Source of the DNA: an uncultured Gemmatimonadaceae bacterium
GTDB lineage: Bacteria; Gemmatimonadota; Gemmatimonadetes; Gemmatimonadales; Gemmatimonadaceae
Assembly: GCA_963817955.1 (NCBI GenBank)
Contig: CAWFQK010000001.1
Location: 128,001-192,000, forward strand
Length of the DNA: 64,000 nucleotides
Direction: 5' to 3'
Numbering within the stretch: position 1 is the stretch's first letter; every line of letters begins with the position of its first letter. A program made the translations under genes and the position numbers. Below the pieces are notes generated by a model. It did no database searches, was not told the origin of the DNA, and saw only the letters and a list, made by a program, of their open reading frames with translations. Shown here one piece after another: positions 41,140 through 51,228 of this stretch.

Positions 41140-41889
41140 ATGAAGCGAACTGCTCTCCTGCTGGCTTCGCTTGCGCTCGGATCCCTTCTGCTGGGCGCGA
41201 CACGAAAGTCCACGCCAGACACCAGAACGCCGTCCGCGATGCGCTATACCAGCGTGTCGACGGGTTCAATTGCCCACGTACTGGCCGCGGTGGTCTCGTC
41301 GGCCAAGATCGGCGACGACAAGCGTGCCATCGCCCGACGTAAGCTCAGGGCGAGCGAAGCGGGCACTTACATCGGCGAGATCCTGGACGAACGCGATTGG
41401 GCCATCTCGCACTGGCGCGACCGCCGCGACCGGCCGCTCACTGTCTGGATCCAGCCGCAATCGTCCGTGACGGATTTCACACCCGAGTACGTGTCTCGCG
41501 TGCGTGCCGCATTCGAAGAGTGGGACGCGCTGCAGATTCCGCTGCACTTCTCGTTCGTGCGTGATTCGGCGGCCGCCGAAGTCCACGTGAACTGGATTGA
41601 CCATTTCGACCAGCCGATCAGCGGACGCACACGCTGGGAGCGCAGTGCGTCCTGGGAGATCACTGAGGCCAACATTGTTCTCGCGGTACACCACCATGAG
41701 GGTGGACAGCTCGACAACGAGTCGATGCGCGCAATGGCGCTCCATGAGATCGGTCACCTCCTCGGCCTCGATCACACGACCGACAGCCTGAGCATCATGG
41801 CGCCGAAAGTACGCGTGCGGCAGATCACCGCGACTGACAGTGCGACGGTCCAATTGCTCTACGCGCTGCCCATGGGGCCGATCCGCTAG
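41140..41889 (+). CDS. Matrixin (M10)-family metalloprotease
   Basis: HEIGHLLGLDH plus SIM Met-turn; signal/TM N-terminus. Confidence 0.92.
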   Translation: MKRTALLLASLALGSLLLGATRKSTPDTRTPSAMRYTSVSTGSIAHVLAAVVSSAKIGDDKRAIARRKLRASEAGTYIGEILDERDWAISHWRDRRDRPLTVWIQPQSSVTDFTPEYVSRVRAAFEEWDALQIPLHFSFVRDSAAAEVHVNWIDHFDQPISGRTRWERSASWEITEANIVLAVHHHEGGQLDNESMRAMALHEIGHLLGLDHTTDSLSIMAPKVRVRQITATDSATVQLLYALPMGPIR

Positions 41890-41919
41890 GCCGGAACCGA
41901 TCTTGCCTCGCTGGCCGGT

Positions 41920-42870
41920 ATGGATGGCGAGACGCAATATGACGTCGGTATTGTTGGCGGCGGCCCCGCCGGCCTGAGCGCGGCGGTCTGGTCGGCGCGC
42001 TATCTCCACTCGGTGGTCCTCGTCGATAGCGGCGACCCACGAAACTGGCAGACACTCGGTGTCCATGGTTACCTCGGCGCCGAGGGCATTTGCCCGGCCG
42101 AGATGCGCCAGCGCGGTCGCGAGACGTGCCGCCAGTACAACGTCGATCTCATCGACGAGATCGTGCTCCGCGCTGAAAGACGTGACGACGACGACTTCCT
42201 GCTCTGCCTACAGGGCGGCCGGCGCGCGCGCGCGCGCCGGCTGCTGCTGGCGATCGGTATCCGCGACGTCTGGCCGGACATCCCCGGGCTCGCGCATGTT
42301 TACGGCTCCGATGCACACGTCTGTCCCGATTGCGACGGCTACAGCACGCGGGGTAAGAAGGTGGTGGTCATCGGCCATGGGCGGCGCGCGGTGGGGCTGG
42401 CGCTCAACCTCACGACCTGGACGAGCGACATCATCATCTGCACGAACGGCCGCCCCGCCGACATCGACGACCCGGAGTACTGCCAGAAACTCGACGCGCT
42501 GAACATTCCCGTGCTCACCGAGCGCGTGACGAGCGTACGCGAGGATGGCCAGGGCATCCACTGCCTGATGCTCGAAGGCGGCATGCAGCTCGACACCGAC
42601 AAGATCTTCTTCACCATTGCTCAGTATCCGGCGGACGATCTCGGTGTGCAACTCGGCTGCGAGCGCGACGAGGAAGGAAACGTCATCGTGGACAGACACG
42701 GCCAGACGTCCGTGACGAACGTGTTCGCCGCTGGCGACATCACGCCTGGCCCGCAGTTAGCGATCGTGGCGGCAGCCGGTGGGGCGATCGCCGCGTTGGC
42801 AATCCACAAGTCGCTGGTGCCGGAGGAGCGAAAGCTCACTCCGCGCACGCATGCTACCAGCGCACGGTAA
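41920..42870 (+). CDS. NAD(P)/FAD-dependent oxidoreductase (thioredoxin reductase-like)
   Basis: GGGPAG, CPDCDG, TSVTNVFAAGD. Confidence 0.92.
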   Translation: MDGETQYDVGIVGGGPAGLSAAVWSARYLHSVVLVDSGDPRNWQTLGVHGYLGAEGICPAEMRQRGRETCRQYNVDLIDEIVLRAERRDDDDFLLCLQGGRRARARRLLLAIGIRDVWPDIPGLAHVYGSDAHVCPDCDGYSTRGKKVVVIGHGRRAVGLALNLTTWTSDIIICTNGRPADIDDPEYCQKLDALNIPVLTERVTSVREDGQGIHCLMLEGGMQLDTDKIFFTIAQYPADDLGVQLGCERDEEGNVIVDRHGQTSVTNVFAAGDITPGPQLAIVAAAGGAIAALAIHKSLVPEERKLTPRTHATSAR

Positions 42871-43894
42871 TCTTCCGCGGCTTCTTGTCGCGTACCACCT
42901 GCAGGGTGACGGCGCGATCCGCCGCACGCTGCGCCACTTCTCGTTGAAGATCGGTGAGGCCCACCACGGGATGGCCGCCAACGGAAACAATCACGTCGCC
43001 GCTGCGCAATCCGGCCTTGTAGCCTGGCGACGATTCCGGCGCCTCGCTCACCAGCACTCCACGCTGGAGCTTGAGTGCCTTGGCCAGATCGGGGTTCACG
43101 GTGGTCAGGCTGGTGCCGAACACGCCTTCTCGCCAGATCATCATCACGGCGGGATTCGGCCCGTCGGCTGGAACAGGAAGGCCTTTTAGCATCAGCCGCA
43201 TCGGAGCGCCATGCAGGTCGTCCTCACCCAGACGCTCGACGTTTATCTCCTGCGGCAGCCCGTTCAAGTCACGACGGCGAATGGTGACGCGCGCGGTCGC
43301 CTTGGCTACGGTGACCGGATAGTCTTTGGTTTCGCCATCACGGCGCACCGTGACGACCAGCTTTTTTTCCGGTACGAGAAGCTGCGTGAGGTTCAACTCG
43401 CGCCGCACCACGTCCAAGCCGTCGTACGCGAGGAGCAGATCGCCAGGGGCAATTCCGGCCCGCTGTGCCGGGGAATCTGGGTCAACCGAAATGATGAGCG
43501 GATACTCGATGTACCGAATGAAGTGTCCGGCGTCGGTCATCGCTTCTTCGTGCAGCCCCTGCGCATAGATGCCAATCGAGCCACGTGGCATCAGGGCGTC
43601 GTTCACCATGATACGCGGCACGGGCAGCACGGCACCGATGAGTGCGTTGATCTTGCTTCGCAGCTCCACCCACGTGCGCGATCCAGTTTGCTCCTGCTCG
43701 AAAAGACGCATCAACGTGTGAATGGAGTCGAGCGCTGCTGGCGTGGGCATACGGACCAGCCCGGTGTCACGTCTGGTCGGCGCCACGGCGCCTTGAGCAG
43801 CGAGCGGCAGCGCGAGCGCACAGGTGCACGACATCGTGAACAGAGCGGCGGCGGCGCCGCGCGACATGACGGTTCCCATCGCGGTACTTCCCAT
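42854..43894 (-). CDS. Exported tandem-PDZ protein without a protease domain
   Basis: SPAQRAGIAPGD and SPGYKAGLRSGDVI; signal peptide. Confidence 0.88.
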   Translation of the reverse strand: MGSTAMGTVMSRGAAAALFTMSCTCALALPLAAQGAVAPTRRDTGLVRMPTPAALDSIHTLMRLFEQEQTGSRTWVELRSKINALIGAVLPVPRIMVNDALMPRGSIGIYAQGLHEEAMTDAGHFIRYIEYPLIISVDPDSPAQRAGIAPGDLLLAYDGLDVVRRELNLTQLLVPEKKLVVTVRRDGETKDYPVTVAKATARVTIRRRDLNGLPQEINVERLGEDDLHGAPMRLMLKGLPVPADGPNPAVMMIWREGVFGTSLTTVNPDLAKALKLQRGVLVSEAPESSPGYKAGLRSGDVIVSVGGHPVVGLTDLQREVAQRAADRAVTLQVVRDKKPRKITVRW

Positions 43895-44604
43895 TAATAA
43901 GTGGTGATGCGCATGCTGGCCGGCATCACCGTGTTGAGTTGGCGCAGGGTTGCCTCACGCTGGCCTAGTGTGGTGAGGTAGTAGCCATTGATCACCGGAT
44001 CGTACGGCGCCTCGTTGAGCGCCTCGCCCATCACTTGGCGCGTGCGGTCGAGCGCGGCGAGCCGCGTACGCATGGCGGCTGGGCTGTCGCTCGGCTTCCC
44101 TGCCGTGTCCTGCTGCGCCAGGAATGCGGTAGCCGTCTCGTATTCCGCCTGGGACTGCTGCTGGGCGGCGCGCGCCTCTTCGATCGACCTGAAACGGGCC
44201 GTCGAGTCGGCAGGAGATGTCGCGGCGACATTGCTGGAGCCGTCGTTGACAGGCAGTGCCGGAGCACCCGTGGTGTAGCGTCCGAGCATCATACCGCCCG
44301 CCACGAGCAACACCGCAGCCGCTGCCTGGAGCCAGGGACGTCGCACGTGCCGTGCACGAAAGTGCAATCCACCACCGGCGGCAATGACGCCGTCGGCACG
44401 GAGCGCTGGCGCCAACGTCTCCCACCTCGTCAGCGGGCTACCAATACGCGCCAACTCGTTCGACGACAGCTCGGCGAGACTCCGGTACATCGACCGCTCT
44501 CGCCCGCACTCGGCGCAAGTCGCGAGATGCACCAGCTCCGCCACGGTTGGCGCTTCGTCCACGAGCGCCGCTAGTCGTTCAGTAGGCAGGTGCGACATGT
44601 TCAT
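43894..44604 (-). CDS. Putative zf-HC2-type membrane anti-sigma factor
   Basis: HLATCAEC, one TM (WLQAAAAVLLVAGG); downstream of the ECF sigma. Confidence 0.82.
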   Translation of the reverse strand: MNMSHLPTERLAALVDEAPTVAELVHLATCAECGRERSMYRSLAELSSNELARIGSPLTRWETLAPALRADGVIAAGGGLHFRARHVRRPWLQAAAAVLLVAGGMMLGRYTTGAPALPVNDGSSNVAATSPADSTARFRSIEEARAAQQQSQAEYETATAFLAQQDTAGKPSDSPAAMRTRLAALDRTRQVMGEALNEAPYDPVINGYYLTTLGQREATLRQLNTVMPASMRITTY

Positions 44605-45166
44605 TCTCTTGACTCGGTGAGCTAACCTCTTTCACGTCTATGAGATGCGCCAACATTTTTCTCAGCTTCGCGCGCGCCTTGAACAGCTGTGACTTGGACC
44701 CGCCGGAAGTGATGCCGAGCTCCTCGGCAATCTCCTCGTGCGTGTAGCCTTCCACGTCGTGGAGCATGAACACGGCACGCGCGCCCGGCGCGAGCTTCGC
44801 GGCGGCCTCGTCAATCGATTGCGCGATGTACGCCCGTTCGTGGTCCGGTTCGACGAACGCACAGTCCTCGGCGACATCCACCTCGATGGCCTCGAGCCGT
44901 CGCGTCTTCCGCAGTGCGTTGAGCGTGCGGTTCACTGCGATCCGGTGCGCCCAAGTGCCGAACTGCGAGTCCCCTCGGTAGCTTGGCAGCGCGCGGAAGA
45001 TCTGGATCCAGACTTCCTGCGCGATGTCCGCCGCTAAGTCCACGTCTCCCCCCACCAGGCGTCGCACGACCATGTCGATGTGAGGAGCGTGCCGGGTCCA
45101 GAGAGCCCGGAGCGCACCTTCATCGCCACCAATCGCCCGGCGGATGAGAAGAGGTTCGTGATCCAT
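44579..45166 (-). CDS. ECF RNA polymerase sigma factor
   Basis: DIAQEVWI, FGTWAHRIAVN, LHDVEGYTHEEIA, SKSQLFKAR. Confidence 0.95.
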   Translation of the reverse strand: MDHEPLLIRRAIGGDEGALRALWTRHAPHIDMVVRRLVGGDVDLAADIAQEVWIQIFRALPSYRGDSQFGTWAHRIAVNRTLNALRKTRRLEAIEVDVAEDCAFVEPDHERAYIAQSIDEAAAKLAPGARAVFMLHDVEGYTHEEIAEELGITSGGSKSQLFKARAKLRKMLAHLIDVKEVSSPSQENEHVAPAY

Positions 45167-45485
45167 GTTCGTAGAGTTGGTCACGGGAAGCGCCCGGAGG
45201 GTTTACTGACGGCGCTCATGCGGTATCGTTACATCTCACGCCCTAGCTCGTCGTGCGGTTGACGGACAGTACGTCCGTGGTCTCCATCTTGCCACAGGGA
45301 ATGCGCGCAACGATTGTGACCTATCGCACAGTACTTTGGTCGGACAAAGTGGATTCCTACCCCCGACCGATACTTCTAAACAAGAGCACGCTTTCTGCAT
45401 TCGCCGGCCCAACGGGCCTCGTCCGTTTTCACTAGCGTCTAGCATTAGCGGCAACTCGCCGTCTAGCGCCTAGCAAGGTTCTGCC

Positions 45486-46895
45486 GTGCTGTCCCTGCTG
45501 CTCTCCGCAATTACGATCGCCACCAGCTTTGGCGGCGGCGGCCTTCCGGTGAAGGCTCCGCGCACTGTTGGTATGTCCGCCGAGCGCCTGGCCAAGATTG
45601 ACCACGTCGTAGAACGGGGAATTTCGGCGGGCGGATATCCTGGTGCGGCAGTCGTCGTCGGGCGGCGGGGCGCGGCGGTGTGGGAAAAGGGGTTCGGCAA
45701 GCTGAGCTGGGAAAAGAGCAGCACGCCGGTGTCCGCCGATCACACCATTTACGACCTGGCGTCTCTGACCAAGGTCGTCGGGACCACCACGGCCCTCATG
45801 GTGCTATATGATGAGGGCAAGATCCACCTCGACGATCCGGCGTCGAAGTACGTTCCGGCATTCTCGGGTGGCGAAAAGGACCGCGTTACGCTGCGGATGT
45901 TGCTCGAGCATCGCTCCGGCCTTCCTGCCGGACGCGACCTCTGGCGTATTGCCCACACCCCCGACGAGGCGCGCGCAGCCGTCATTGCGACGAACCTCGT
46001 CTGCAAACCCAACGAGTGCTACGAATACTCCGACCTCGGCGCCGACATGCTCGGTTTCGTCGTCGAAGCAGCCAGCGGCGAGCCGTTGGACAAGTTCCTC
46101 GAGGAACACGTGTGGCAGCCGCTGGGGATGACGGACACATTCTTTCGTCCCAGCCCCTCTCTGCGAGATCGCATCGCTCCCACGGAGGTCGCTCCCCCGC
46201 GCGGTTACCCGCTGCAGGGCGAAGTGCACGACGAAAACGCGTATGCACTCGGCGGGGTAGCGGGTCACGCGGGTTTATTCAGCACCGCGAATGATCTGTC
46301 GGTCTTTGCGCAGATGATGCTCAACGGCGGCGAGTACGCCGGCACTCGCCTCATCGCCGACTCGACCATCGCGCTGTTCACCAAACGTGCAGCCGGCACG
46401 CGCGCGCTCGGCTGGGACACCTGCGGCGGCTCTGGGAGCTGCGGCAAATACCTCGGCGCCAATGCCTACGGGCACACCGGCTTTACGGGCACGTCCATGT
46501 GGATGGATCCCGAGCGCGACATGTTCGTGGTGTTGCTCACCAATCGTGTCCACGAAGCGAGAGCCAAGCGTCCGGCAAAGGTGATTGCCGACGTTCGAGC
46601 CGATCTCGCCGACGCGGCCGCGCTGGCGGTGACGGATTACGCCGATGGCCCCATGGCAATGCCGGCGAAATTCCGGGCCGACAAAGCCGTCGATTGGAAC
46701 CGGCCGGAGCGGCGAGCACACGTCCGGCACGCATCGTCGAAGAGGAGCAGCGCAAAGAAGGGCAGCTCCAAGGCATCCGCCAAGAAGCGAAGCTCGAATT
46801 CTGGCGTGGCAAAGAGCCGGTCGTCGAGCAGCACGACGGCGAGCGCGAAGAAGAGCAAGGGGCCGAGTACCGCCAAGAAGAAGCTGCGGAAGTAG
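45486..46895 (+). CDS. Serine hydrolase, beta-lactamase class C-like, with Lys/Ser-rich tail
   Basis: ASLTK, YSD, AGHAGLF, GHTGFTG, LLTNR. Confidence 0.92.
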   Translation: MLSLLLSAITIATSFGGGGLPVKAPRTVGMSAERLAKIDHVVERGISAGGYPGAAVVVGRRGAAVWEKGFGKLSWEKSSTPVSADHTIYDLASLTKVVGTTTALMVLYDEGKIHLDDPASKYVPAFSGGEKDRVTLRMLLEHRSGLPAGRDLWRIAHTPDEARAAVIATNLVCKPNECYEYSDLGADMLGFVVEAASGEPLDKFLEEHVWQPLGMTDTFFRPSPSLRDRIAPTEVAPPRGYPLQGEVHDENAYALGGVAGHAGLFSTANDLSVFAQMMLNGGEYAGTRLIADSTIALFTKRAAGTRALGWDTCGGSGSCGKYLGANAYGHTGFTGTSMWMDPERDMFVVLLTNRVHEARAKRPAKVIADVRADLADAAALAVTDYADGPMAMPAKFRADKAVDWNRPERRAHVRHASSKRSSAKKGSSKASAKKRSSNSGVAKSRSSSSTTASAKKSKGPSTAKKKLRK

Positions 46896-46934
46896 ATCGA
46901 CGCGGCGATCGCGAAGCCGAACTGCTCCCACAAC

Positions 46935-47432
46935 ATGTCCAAATCGCTCGACGCCCCCGGCGGCACAATCGCCCGTTGGTGGAACCGCCTTTCCAAGCTG
47001 CCCGGCGGCCGGCGTCTGTTCAGCATGATGATTGGGCGAATGGCGCCGTATACCGGCACGATCGGTGCGCGCATCGAGGAGCTACGCCCCGGCTATTCCC
47101 GATGGACGCTGCGCGATCGGCGGCGGATACGGAACCATCTCAACTCCATCCACGCCGTGGCGCTGGTGAACTTCGCCGAAGTGGCGAGCGGGACGGCCAT
47201 GTTGGTGACGCTTCCCTCAAACGTGCGCGGCATCGTGACGGACTTATCGATCACGTACTTGAAGAAAGCGCGCGGCACGCTGACAGCGGAGTGCCGCTGT
47301 AGCGTGCCAGAGGTGCGGGGCGAAACGTCGGTCGCCGTGCCGGCCGAAATCCGTGATTCCGCCGGCGATGTGGTGGCCCGTGCAACCGTGACATGGCGTT
47401 TGGCGCCGCACGACACGCCGCACGACACATAG
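46935..47432 (+). CDS. Hotdog-fold thioesterase (PaaI/DUF4442-like)
   Basis: [26 protein letters not shown]. Confidence 0.88.
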   Translation: MSKSLDAPGGTIARWWNRLSKLPGGRRLFSMMIGRMAPYTGTIGARIEELRPGYSRWTLRDRRRIRNHLNSIHAVALVNFAEVASGTAMLVTLPSNVRGIVTDLSITYLKKARGTLTAECRCSVPEVRGETSVAVPAEIRDSAGDVVARATVTWRLAPHDTPHDT

Positions 47433-47479
47433 ATCACTCCCCCACAACTGCCCTTGACGGGGGCAGTTATTGTTCGAAC

Positions 47480-48199
47480 GTGCCCACCTCATCAATCCTG
47501 AACGTCACCGCTTGGGCGTCGCTCGCAGCTATCGCCGCGGTGCTGGGACCGTTTCTGATAACCAGCCGAGAGTCGTCTGCGGCTGCACGGAGCCTGGGTC
47601 TCGCCAGCGCACTCGCCGCGGGCGCCATGCTCGGCGTCTGTTTTCCGTTGATGAGCGTCGGTCTGGCGCGCGCGGGCGTGAGCGCAACGCTCGGCGCAGT
47701 GCTCGGAATAGCCGCGAGCTATGCGACGCACGTGCTGCTGGGTGTTGGGGCCGACGATCCGGCGATGTATCCCAAACGCGCGGTGACGGCTGGCGCGTTG
47801 CACTCGGCGCCCGAAGGCGTGGCGATCGGCGCGGCGATGGCGGTTGGCCCGCGATTCGGTCTATTCCTCGTCGCGACGCTCGCCGTGCATAACATCTGGG
47901 AAAGCCAGGTGCTCGGCTCGCAGCTGCTCGCCGGCGGCGAGACCCGAACGCGCGCCGCGGCATTTGGTGTGTTGACCAACATTCCGCAGGTGCTGTTCGC
48001 GGGCGCCGTATACGTCGTCGCGATCGCCGCACCAATGAGCGTGCCGTTGTTTCTCGGCATCGGATTCGGGGCGCTCACGTATCTGTGCTTCGCGGAACTG
48101 CTTCCGGAAAGCTACAAGACCACGGGACGCACGAGCATCGCGATGGTCGTGAGTGTGGCTGCGGGCGTCGTTGCACTCCTCGGCGGAAGCACCCGATGA
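47480..48199 (+). CDS. ZIP-family metal transporter (divergent copy)
   Basis: HSAPEG, HNIWES, ELLPE; start uncertain. Confidence 0.82.
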   Translation: MPTSSILNVTAWASLAAIAAVLGPFLITSRESSAAARSLGLASALAAGAMLGVCFPLMSVGLARAGVSATLGAVLGIAASYATHVLLGVGADDPAMYPKRAVTAGALHSAPEGVAIGAAMAVGPRFGLFLVATLAVHNIWESQVLGSQLLAGGETRTRAAAFGVLTNIPQVLFAGAVYVVAIAAPMSVPLFLGIGFGALTYLCFAELLPESYKTTGRTSIAMVVSVAAGVVALLGGSTR

Positions 48200-48948
48200 A
48201 TCTGTGGTTCGCAGCGCACCCCGTCACACACGTATTCTTCTTTGCAGCCCTGACTGCGCTCGCGACGGGGCTGGGTGTGCTGCCGTTCATCTTCCTCCGA
48301 ACCATGTCGCTGCGCACGGTGGCGTTCGCGAACGCCATTGCCGCGGGGCTGATGCTTGGCGCGAGCTTCGGCTTGCTGATCGAAGGCACACGTCACTCTG
48401 GATGGGAGACGTTTCTCGGCACGAACGTCGGCATCCTGTTCATTCTCGCCACGCAGCAACTGCTCGGCGGGCAACACCACGAGAGTGAGTTTCTCGGCGT
48501 GCGCGGAGCCGGGGCCAAGCGCATGCTGCTCGTGATCATCATCATGACGGTGCACTCGTTCGCCGAAGGCGCCGCGGTCGGTGTTTCATTCGGCGGCGGA
48601 GCGACGCTCGCCGTCGCGATCACGCTTGCGGTAGCGGTGCATAACATACCGGAAGGTTTGGCGGTGAGCGCCGTGATGCGTCCGCAGGGTGCGAGTCTGT
48701 TGGCGTGCCTGGGATGGAGCATTTTTTCATCGCTCCCTCAGCCCATCGCGGCTGTGCCTGCCTTCCTATTCGTCGCGCGCTTCTCTTCGGCACTCCCGTA
48801 CGGACTCGGATTCGCCGCCGGAGCGATGATCTTCATGGTGCTGGTCGAGCTCTTGCCGGAAGCCTACGAGCAGGCGTGGTCGCGCAGCGTCGCCGCGGTC
48901 ACGGCGCTGACCCTCGTCGGCATGCTGTTGATGCAGAAGTATTTATAG
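48196..48948 (+). CDS. ZIP-family (GufA-like) metal transporter
   Basis: HSFAEG, VHNIPEG, SSLPQP, ELLPE; ATGA overlap with the upstream gene. Confidence 0.92.
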   Translation: MNLWFAAHPVTHVFFFAALTALATGLGVLPFIFLRTMSLRTVAFANAIAAGLMLGASFGLLIEGTRHSGWETFLGTNVGILFILATQQLLGGQHHESEFLGVRGAGAKRMLLVIIIMTVHSFAEGAAVGVSFGGGATLAVAITLAVAVHNIPEGLAVSAVMRPQGASLLACLGWSIFSSLPQPIAAVPAFLFVARFSSALPYGLGFAAGAMIFMVLVELLPEAYEQAWSRSVAAVTALTLVGMLLMQKYL

Positions 48949-48960
48949 GGTCTTCAATTT

Positions 48961-49070
48961 GCCTGTCATCCTGAGCGAAGGCCTGTCATCCTGAGCGAGG
49001 GCCTGTCATCCTGAGCGAAGGCCTGTCATCCTGAGCGAGGGCCTGTCATCCTGAGCGAAGCGAAGGATCT
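48961..49070. repeat. REP-like tandem array, 5 x 20 bp GCCTGTCATCCTGAGCGA(A/G)G ending CGAAGGATCT
   Basis: Read directly; no spacers. Confidence 0.95.
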
Positions 49071-49082
49071 CTGCGAGCGGCC

Positions 49083-49385
49083 CAACAGCTTTTAACGCAG
49101 AGGTCGCAGAGAACTGCAGGAGAACGGCAGAGGACCGTGAAGGATTGTCTCGCCTGGAAGTCTTGGCTGATGCCGTCGTGACGCTCCGATGGTATCGCCC
49201 AGGTCGTGATCACCAACGATACAAGCGGAATGATTGTGGACTCGGCAATCACGGTTTATTCCACTGATACGCGCTTCCCTCTTCCGTACGCTGACAGTTC
49301 TCTCTTGCAGTTCCCTTTTGCAGTTCTCTCGCCGTTCTCTGCAGTTCTCTTGCAGTTCTCTGCGACCTCTGCGTTAAAGCTGTTG
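49083..49385. mobile_element. Inverted-repeat-bounded remnant carrying a GxxExxY-like N-terminal fragment
   Basis: ~42-bp IRs CAACAGCTTT(T)AACGCAGAGGTCGCAGAGAACTGCA(G/A)GAGAAC; inner ITNDTSGMIVDSAITVY at 49206-49262. Confidence 0.6.
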
Positions 49386-49425
49386 CGCCGTCTGCGTTAA
49401 ATCGCTGTTGCCCGGATTAACAAAC

Positions 49426-50115
49426 ATGTCAGTTCTCGTAATCGACATCGGTGGCACCACCGTGAAGTGCCTTGCGTCTGGCCATCGCACTCCGGTGCAG
49501 ATACCATCCGGACCCCGGCTCACGCCGCGCGTTCTCGTGAACGATGTCCTGGCCGCCACGGCCGGCTGGCAATACGACCGGATCTCCATTGGATATCCCG
49601 GCCCCGTCCGCGGCAACAAACCGGCGCGCGAGCCCTGGAATCTCGGCGCGGGCTGGACGGGCTTTGACTTCGCCAAGGCGTTCGGGCGTCGCGTGCGGGT
49701 CGTCAACGATGCATCCATGCAGGCACTCGGCAGCTATGCCGGCCGCAAGATGCTCTTCCTGGGACTCGGCACGGGACTCGGCACCACGCTGATCTGCGAC
49801 GGTGTCGTCATTCCCATGGAGCTCGCCCATCTGCCGTACCGCGATGGACAATCTTATGAAGACTTCCTCGGCGTCGCCGGCCGGGAGCGACTCGGCACGC
49901 ACGCGTGGCGGAAGCACACATTGAAGGTCATAGACCTTTTCATGGCCGCATTCCTGGCAGACTACGTCGTCCTCGGCGGCGGCAACGCGCAGAATATGGG
50001 TGAGCTGCCGAAATACGTGCGGATTGGAAGCAACACGAATGCGTTCAAGGGCGGCTTTCGGTTGTGGTCAGACACGTCTAGCGAACGAACCCCTGAATCA
50101 GTTCCGCGGCGATGA
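49426..50115 (+). CDS. ROK-family sugar kinase (polyphosphate glucokinase-like)
   Basis: IDIGGT, VNDA, GLGTGLG, ELAHL, LGGGN. Confidence 0.9.
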   Translation: MSVLVIDIGGTTVKCLASGHRTPVQIPSGPRLTPRVLVNDVLAATAGWQYDRISIGYPGPVRGNKPAREPWNLGAGWTGFDFAKAFGRRVRVVNDASMQALGSYAGRKMLFLGLGTGLGTTLICDGVVIPMELAHLPYRDGQSYEDFLGVAGRERLGTHAWRKHTLKVIDLFMAAFLADYVVLGGGNAQNMGELPKYVRIGSNTNAFKGGFRLWSDTSSERTPESVPRR

Positions 50116-51154
50116 GCAGTACCACAATGATCTCCAGGAGCTCGGCGCGAACGACTTGTGCTTCCGCGTTCAGCATGGTGTAGGTATCGCGAAAGATCTG
50201 GAGCTTGCGATCGATGCCGCGTCGCCAGGCTCGCTCGCGAAACAGCTCCAGTGCCGCGCCATAGACGCGCGCCAGGTACACGTCGTCCGTCACCTTGAAT
50301 GCGTTGTCCACGCGCTCGACGACTTCCGTAATCTCGGTCACGCGCGTCTGCAGTTCGGCCAGCAGTGGCCGGATGGTGCGCGTGATGGGCCTCCAGCGCT
50401 GCCGGCGCGCGGCAATCCGGCCGTACAACGCCGGCAGTTCCGCGTCGAGCTCGGCGTCGTACACGCGCAGCTCGAGGAGTTGCGCGTTTGCGAATTCAAG
50501 AACGAACTCCACATCCTCATCGGCAGCGCGCGGCTCGACAACCAACGCATTGTCCCACGTGAGAATCGCGAGATCGTCTGCATAGAACGAGAACCTGTTC
50601 GCCAGCAGATCCTGACGCGCCGAGGCCGCCAACGGACGGGTTTCGCCGACCAGGAGGGCCACGAGTTGATCGTCCGTGGGCGCGGCGTGCCCGTCGTCGC
50701 TCTCGAGCGTATCGACACGAAACACGATGTAGTCTTCAGTGACCGGAGCGACGAGCGGTCGCTCGACCGCGGCACGGATGCGGTCGAGCAGCGCGGCAAG
50801 CTCTGTGTCAAACGTGGCGGCGACGTCCGCGGACTTGTCGACGGCGCTTCCAAATCTCGTGTACGCTTCCCATGAAGCGGCGTCGGGGGCCTCGACCGTG
50901 AGCCGGAGTGAGCACACGCCAAAATCGAACAACTGGGCCGAGAGTCGCGCCTGGCGAGGCTGGTCCCCAACGACAATGGTGCGCTGGCCGAGCGACGCGA
51001 ACAGCGGTGGATTATGGATCTGAAACGTCTGCGCCTCGCTGCGCGCAGGGCGCGAGCGGCCGCGCGTCGCGTCGCCAAGCATCCTCGAGACACGGTCGAG
51101 GTCGATGGCGTATCCAATGTCGTAGAGACGGTAAGCCGCCGCGCTGCCGCGCAC
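50078..51154 (-). CDS. RMD1/DUF155-like protein
   Basis: LFDFGV, EFANAQLLELRVYD, DVYLARVY, C-terminal TM LEIIVVLLI. Confidence 0.8.
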   Translation of the reverse strand: MRGSAAAYRLYDIGYAIDLDRVSRMLGDATRGRSRPARSEAQTFQIHNPPLFASLGQRTIVVGDQPRQARLSAQLFDFGVCSLRLTVEAPDAASWEAYTRFGSAVDKSADVAATFDTELAALLDRIRAAVERPLVAPVTEDYIVFRVDTLESDDGHAAPTDDQLVALLVGETRPLAASARQDLLANRFSFYADDLAILTWDNALVVEPRAADEDVEFVLEFANAQLLELRVYDAELDAELPALYGRIAARRQRWRPITRTIRPLLAELQTRVTEITEVVERVDNAFKVTDDVYLARVYGAALELFRERAWRRGIDRKLQIFRDTYTMLNAEAQVVRAELLEIIVVLLIAAELIQGFVR

Positions 51155-51228
51155 CTTTCCACTCCGGTGTGGTGATTCGTGTAGGCGGGCTGTACGTCAA
51201 TAGCCATGCCGGCGGCTAGCTTCATCAC

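Noticed and set aside
48961..49070. CRISPR array
   Set aside because: Head-to-tail 20-mers without spacers.
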